From: Leucoraja ocellata
Lineage: Eukaryota
Length of the DNA stretch: 64,000 nt
Assembly (NCBI GenBank): GCA_036785375.1
Contig: JAWMAR010000486.1
Coordinates: 1,054,001 to 1,118,000 of the forward strand
Reading direction: 5' to 3'
Position 1 is the stretch's first letter. Each line of letters starts with the position of its first letter. Of this stretch, positions 61,958 through 64,000 are shown piece by piece. The translations under genes were made by a program, and so were the position numbers. The notes under the pieces were generated by a model. The model was not told the DNA's origin, ran no database searches, and saw only the letters and a program-made list of their open reading frames with translations.

Positions 61958-62407
61958 TAGCTTACAACCCAGCAGTATGAATATTGGCTTCTCTAACTTC
62001 AAGTAACCTTTGCTTTCCCTCTCTCCTTCCCCACCATCCTAGTTCTCTACCATTCCGACTGTCCTCCTGATTAAATTTTATCTTTGTATGTTACGTTGTC
62101 ACCTTCCCCTAGCTAACAATGATCTATTCTACATTTTCCTTGAACTTTGTCCCCTTTGATGCCTCATTTTCACACCTTACCCTTCCATATCTCTTTATCT
62201 CCCTCTACCCTGACTCTCAGTCAGCGCCGTAGGTGGTCGCTATTTGTATACATTGGGTATGCAAGCAAAAAATTTCACTGTGCCTAATCACACGTGACGA
62301 TAAAGTATTCCTATTCCTATTCCTAGTCTGAAGCAGGGTCTCGACCCAAAACATCGCCCATTAATTCTATCCAGAAATGCTGCATGTCCCGCTGAGTTAC
62401 TCCAACA
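61958..62407 (+). mobile_element. Penelope-like 3' end plus short repeat, interrupted by a Rex-type tail insertion (62223-62324)
   Basis: agcttacaacccagcagtatgaatattggcttctctaacttcaag (SLQPSSMNIGFSNFK*) parallels 32385-32430; then CTGAAGCagggtctcgaccc; AGTC on both sides of the insert. Confidence 0.75.
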
Positions 62408-62539
62408 AATGTAAGATTGGTTGGTACTTCTTTATGAACTCTATCATGTGGCTAACATGACTTTGCATGTTGTTAAGAAAGTCTAGCTGGCCTGACACTG
62501 TTAGATTTTCATCTGTTTCATTAAGGGATTTTGTTAAGA

Positions 62540-62621
62540 GGGAAAGAGGAGAAGGGGAGGAAGGGGGAGATGGTAAGAGAAGAGAGAAAGAGAAAGAGAA
62601 AGCGAGAGAGAGAGAGAGAGA
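62540..62621. repeat. Purine-rich/(GA)n microsatellite
   Basis: agagaagagagaaagagaaag...gagagagagaga. Confidence 0.9.
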
Positions 62622-64000
62622 TCCTTAAATTCTCCGTGACTCACTCACACCTGCAAATGTCGCATCTAATTCAAAGCGCAACCTGAAATTACCCCGAAAT
62701 GTTTGTTGTTGCATTTCAATCTGGGGGAAAAAAACTAATTGTATGAAGATAAAATTAAAACAGCATGATGACATTTAATTTCTATACAGTAGCATTTTAA
62801 ATATCAAATAAAATCAATGCTATAAAGGAATAGTTGAGCTCGTCCAACTCCAAATTTTGATACAACATAGCATAGTTGTTCTCCCAATAAATCATGTTCT
62901 ACCAAATATGTGAAACAGCCTTGGAAATTAGGGCTGAATAGTCTCCCTTCATCGGCATTGTGATGTATATTTCAGCACACAGGAAAAATGCCTCCTCCAA
63001 CCTGATCAAAGGAGTTATTTGAGGACTAGTTTTCACAATTAAAGACATGACATTACAAGTAAGTGTAGTCGAGAATGTTTTTTTCACCCTGAGGGCTGTG
63101 TGAAATAAATGAACAATGAGGCTCATTGACAGAACTTAGTTCAGGAAATAGAAAGAGGCAGAGAGACTAGCAGACTGTGATAGAACTGAGCAAAATGGTG
63201 TGAAGATGAAGATCATCTGGGGAGAAGTTCTTTGATGCCTATTATCCTTTTCAAGTTCTTGAAAATCCTTATGTTCTCATATGAAAGCCCTGATGCTTTT
63301 GCCAGCAGGTAAATCGGTTAACCATTCATATAACAGCATGTTCCTCGTTTTCTACAATAACTGTGCTATTACCAGAATTTTTTTTTCCCATCAGTTGGAT
63401 CTTAAACAAATAATGGGTATTCCCAGTACACCCTATCAACACCGTTGAACATAATCATACTGTCAACCATCTATCATCTGGAAAGTTCAAGACTGGATTA
63501 GTTTTAATAATCTACTTAAGTTCTTCCAGTCCTAATGCTCTTAATTTAATGAAATTAATGCATGTGCGATGAGAGATCAGGTGGCGTTAGTTCAAAATCA
63601 TCTAAGGGCTTTAAGATAGAAAAGACTCAGTGGACTGGATTGAAAGATATCAGGCTTGGCTTTGTGGCAACACACATTTGTACCTAAAATGATTGAAATC
63701 AGGTTCCAGGATAATGGTCCCAGAGAACTGAATGTATTAGATGGGATCTCAGGATAGTGCTGAGAAATAGCTGCAATATCAAAAGTACTTTACCCATCTG
63801 AGATTAAAAAATTGAAGCTCTGTGGAAAACAGTGGAATGTTGAAATTCCTTACTTGCAATTCCTTTACCATAATATGGATCCTTACTCAATACGTCATTG
63901 CTCAGAGCAGAATTGACTGAATAAATCCTCAGTGGAACTCAATCCATCAGTGACAAAATGACGCCGAGAGCAAGGGAAAATAAATCTCCAGGAACTAACT

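Overview
Eukaryotic, repeat-rich, AT-rich genomic DNA. The repeat families (HE1-type tRNA SINEs with CR1/HER1 tails, CR1 and Rex1/Babar LINE fragments, Penelope-like pieces, Harbinger-type MITEs) suggest a cartilaginous fish, probably a skate or ray; this is an inference. One host gene is supported, and the ORF track missed it: apelin (apln) on the minus strand. Coding exon 1 (42017-41951) and coding exon 2 (30645-30485) splice into a 75-aa preproapelin, MNVKFHTLALLVLFVTLTLVSG|GPVAILSEGSALDESSIRMYVQKGGRRPNQRHVPLKKYRRLRPRLSHKGPMPF. A probable non-coding exon 3 runs from 17555 to about 16190. Its apelin-13 begins with Leu instead of Gln. Other items worth a look: many Penelope-associated short repeats carrying a minimal hammerhead-ribozyme core, a ~200-bp hairpin made of what appear to be two DIRS-like termini, a ~320-bp degenerate palindrome in apln intron 2, and a hairpin-forming 38-bp minisatellite inside a nested retroposon. 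I see no evidence of a wholly new multi-gene system. Repeat family names come from recognition, not a database search, and repeat boundaries are approximate unless TIRs or TSDs are given.
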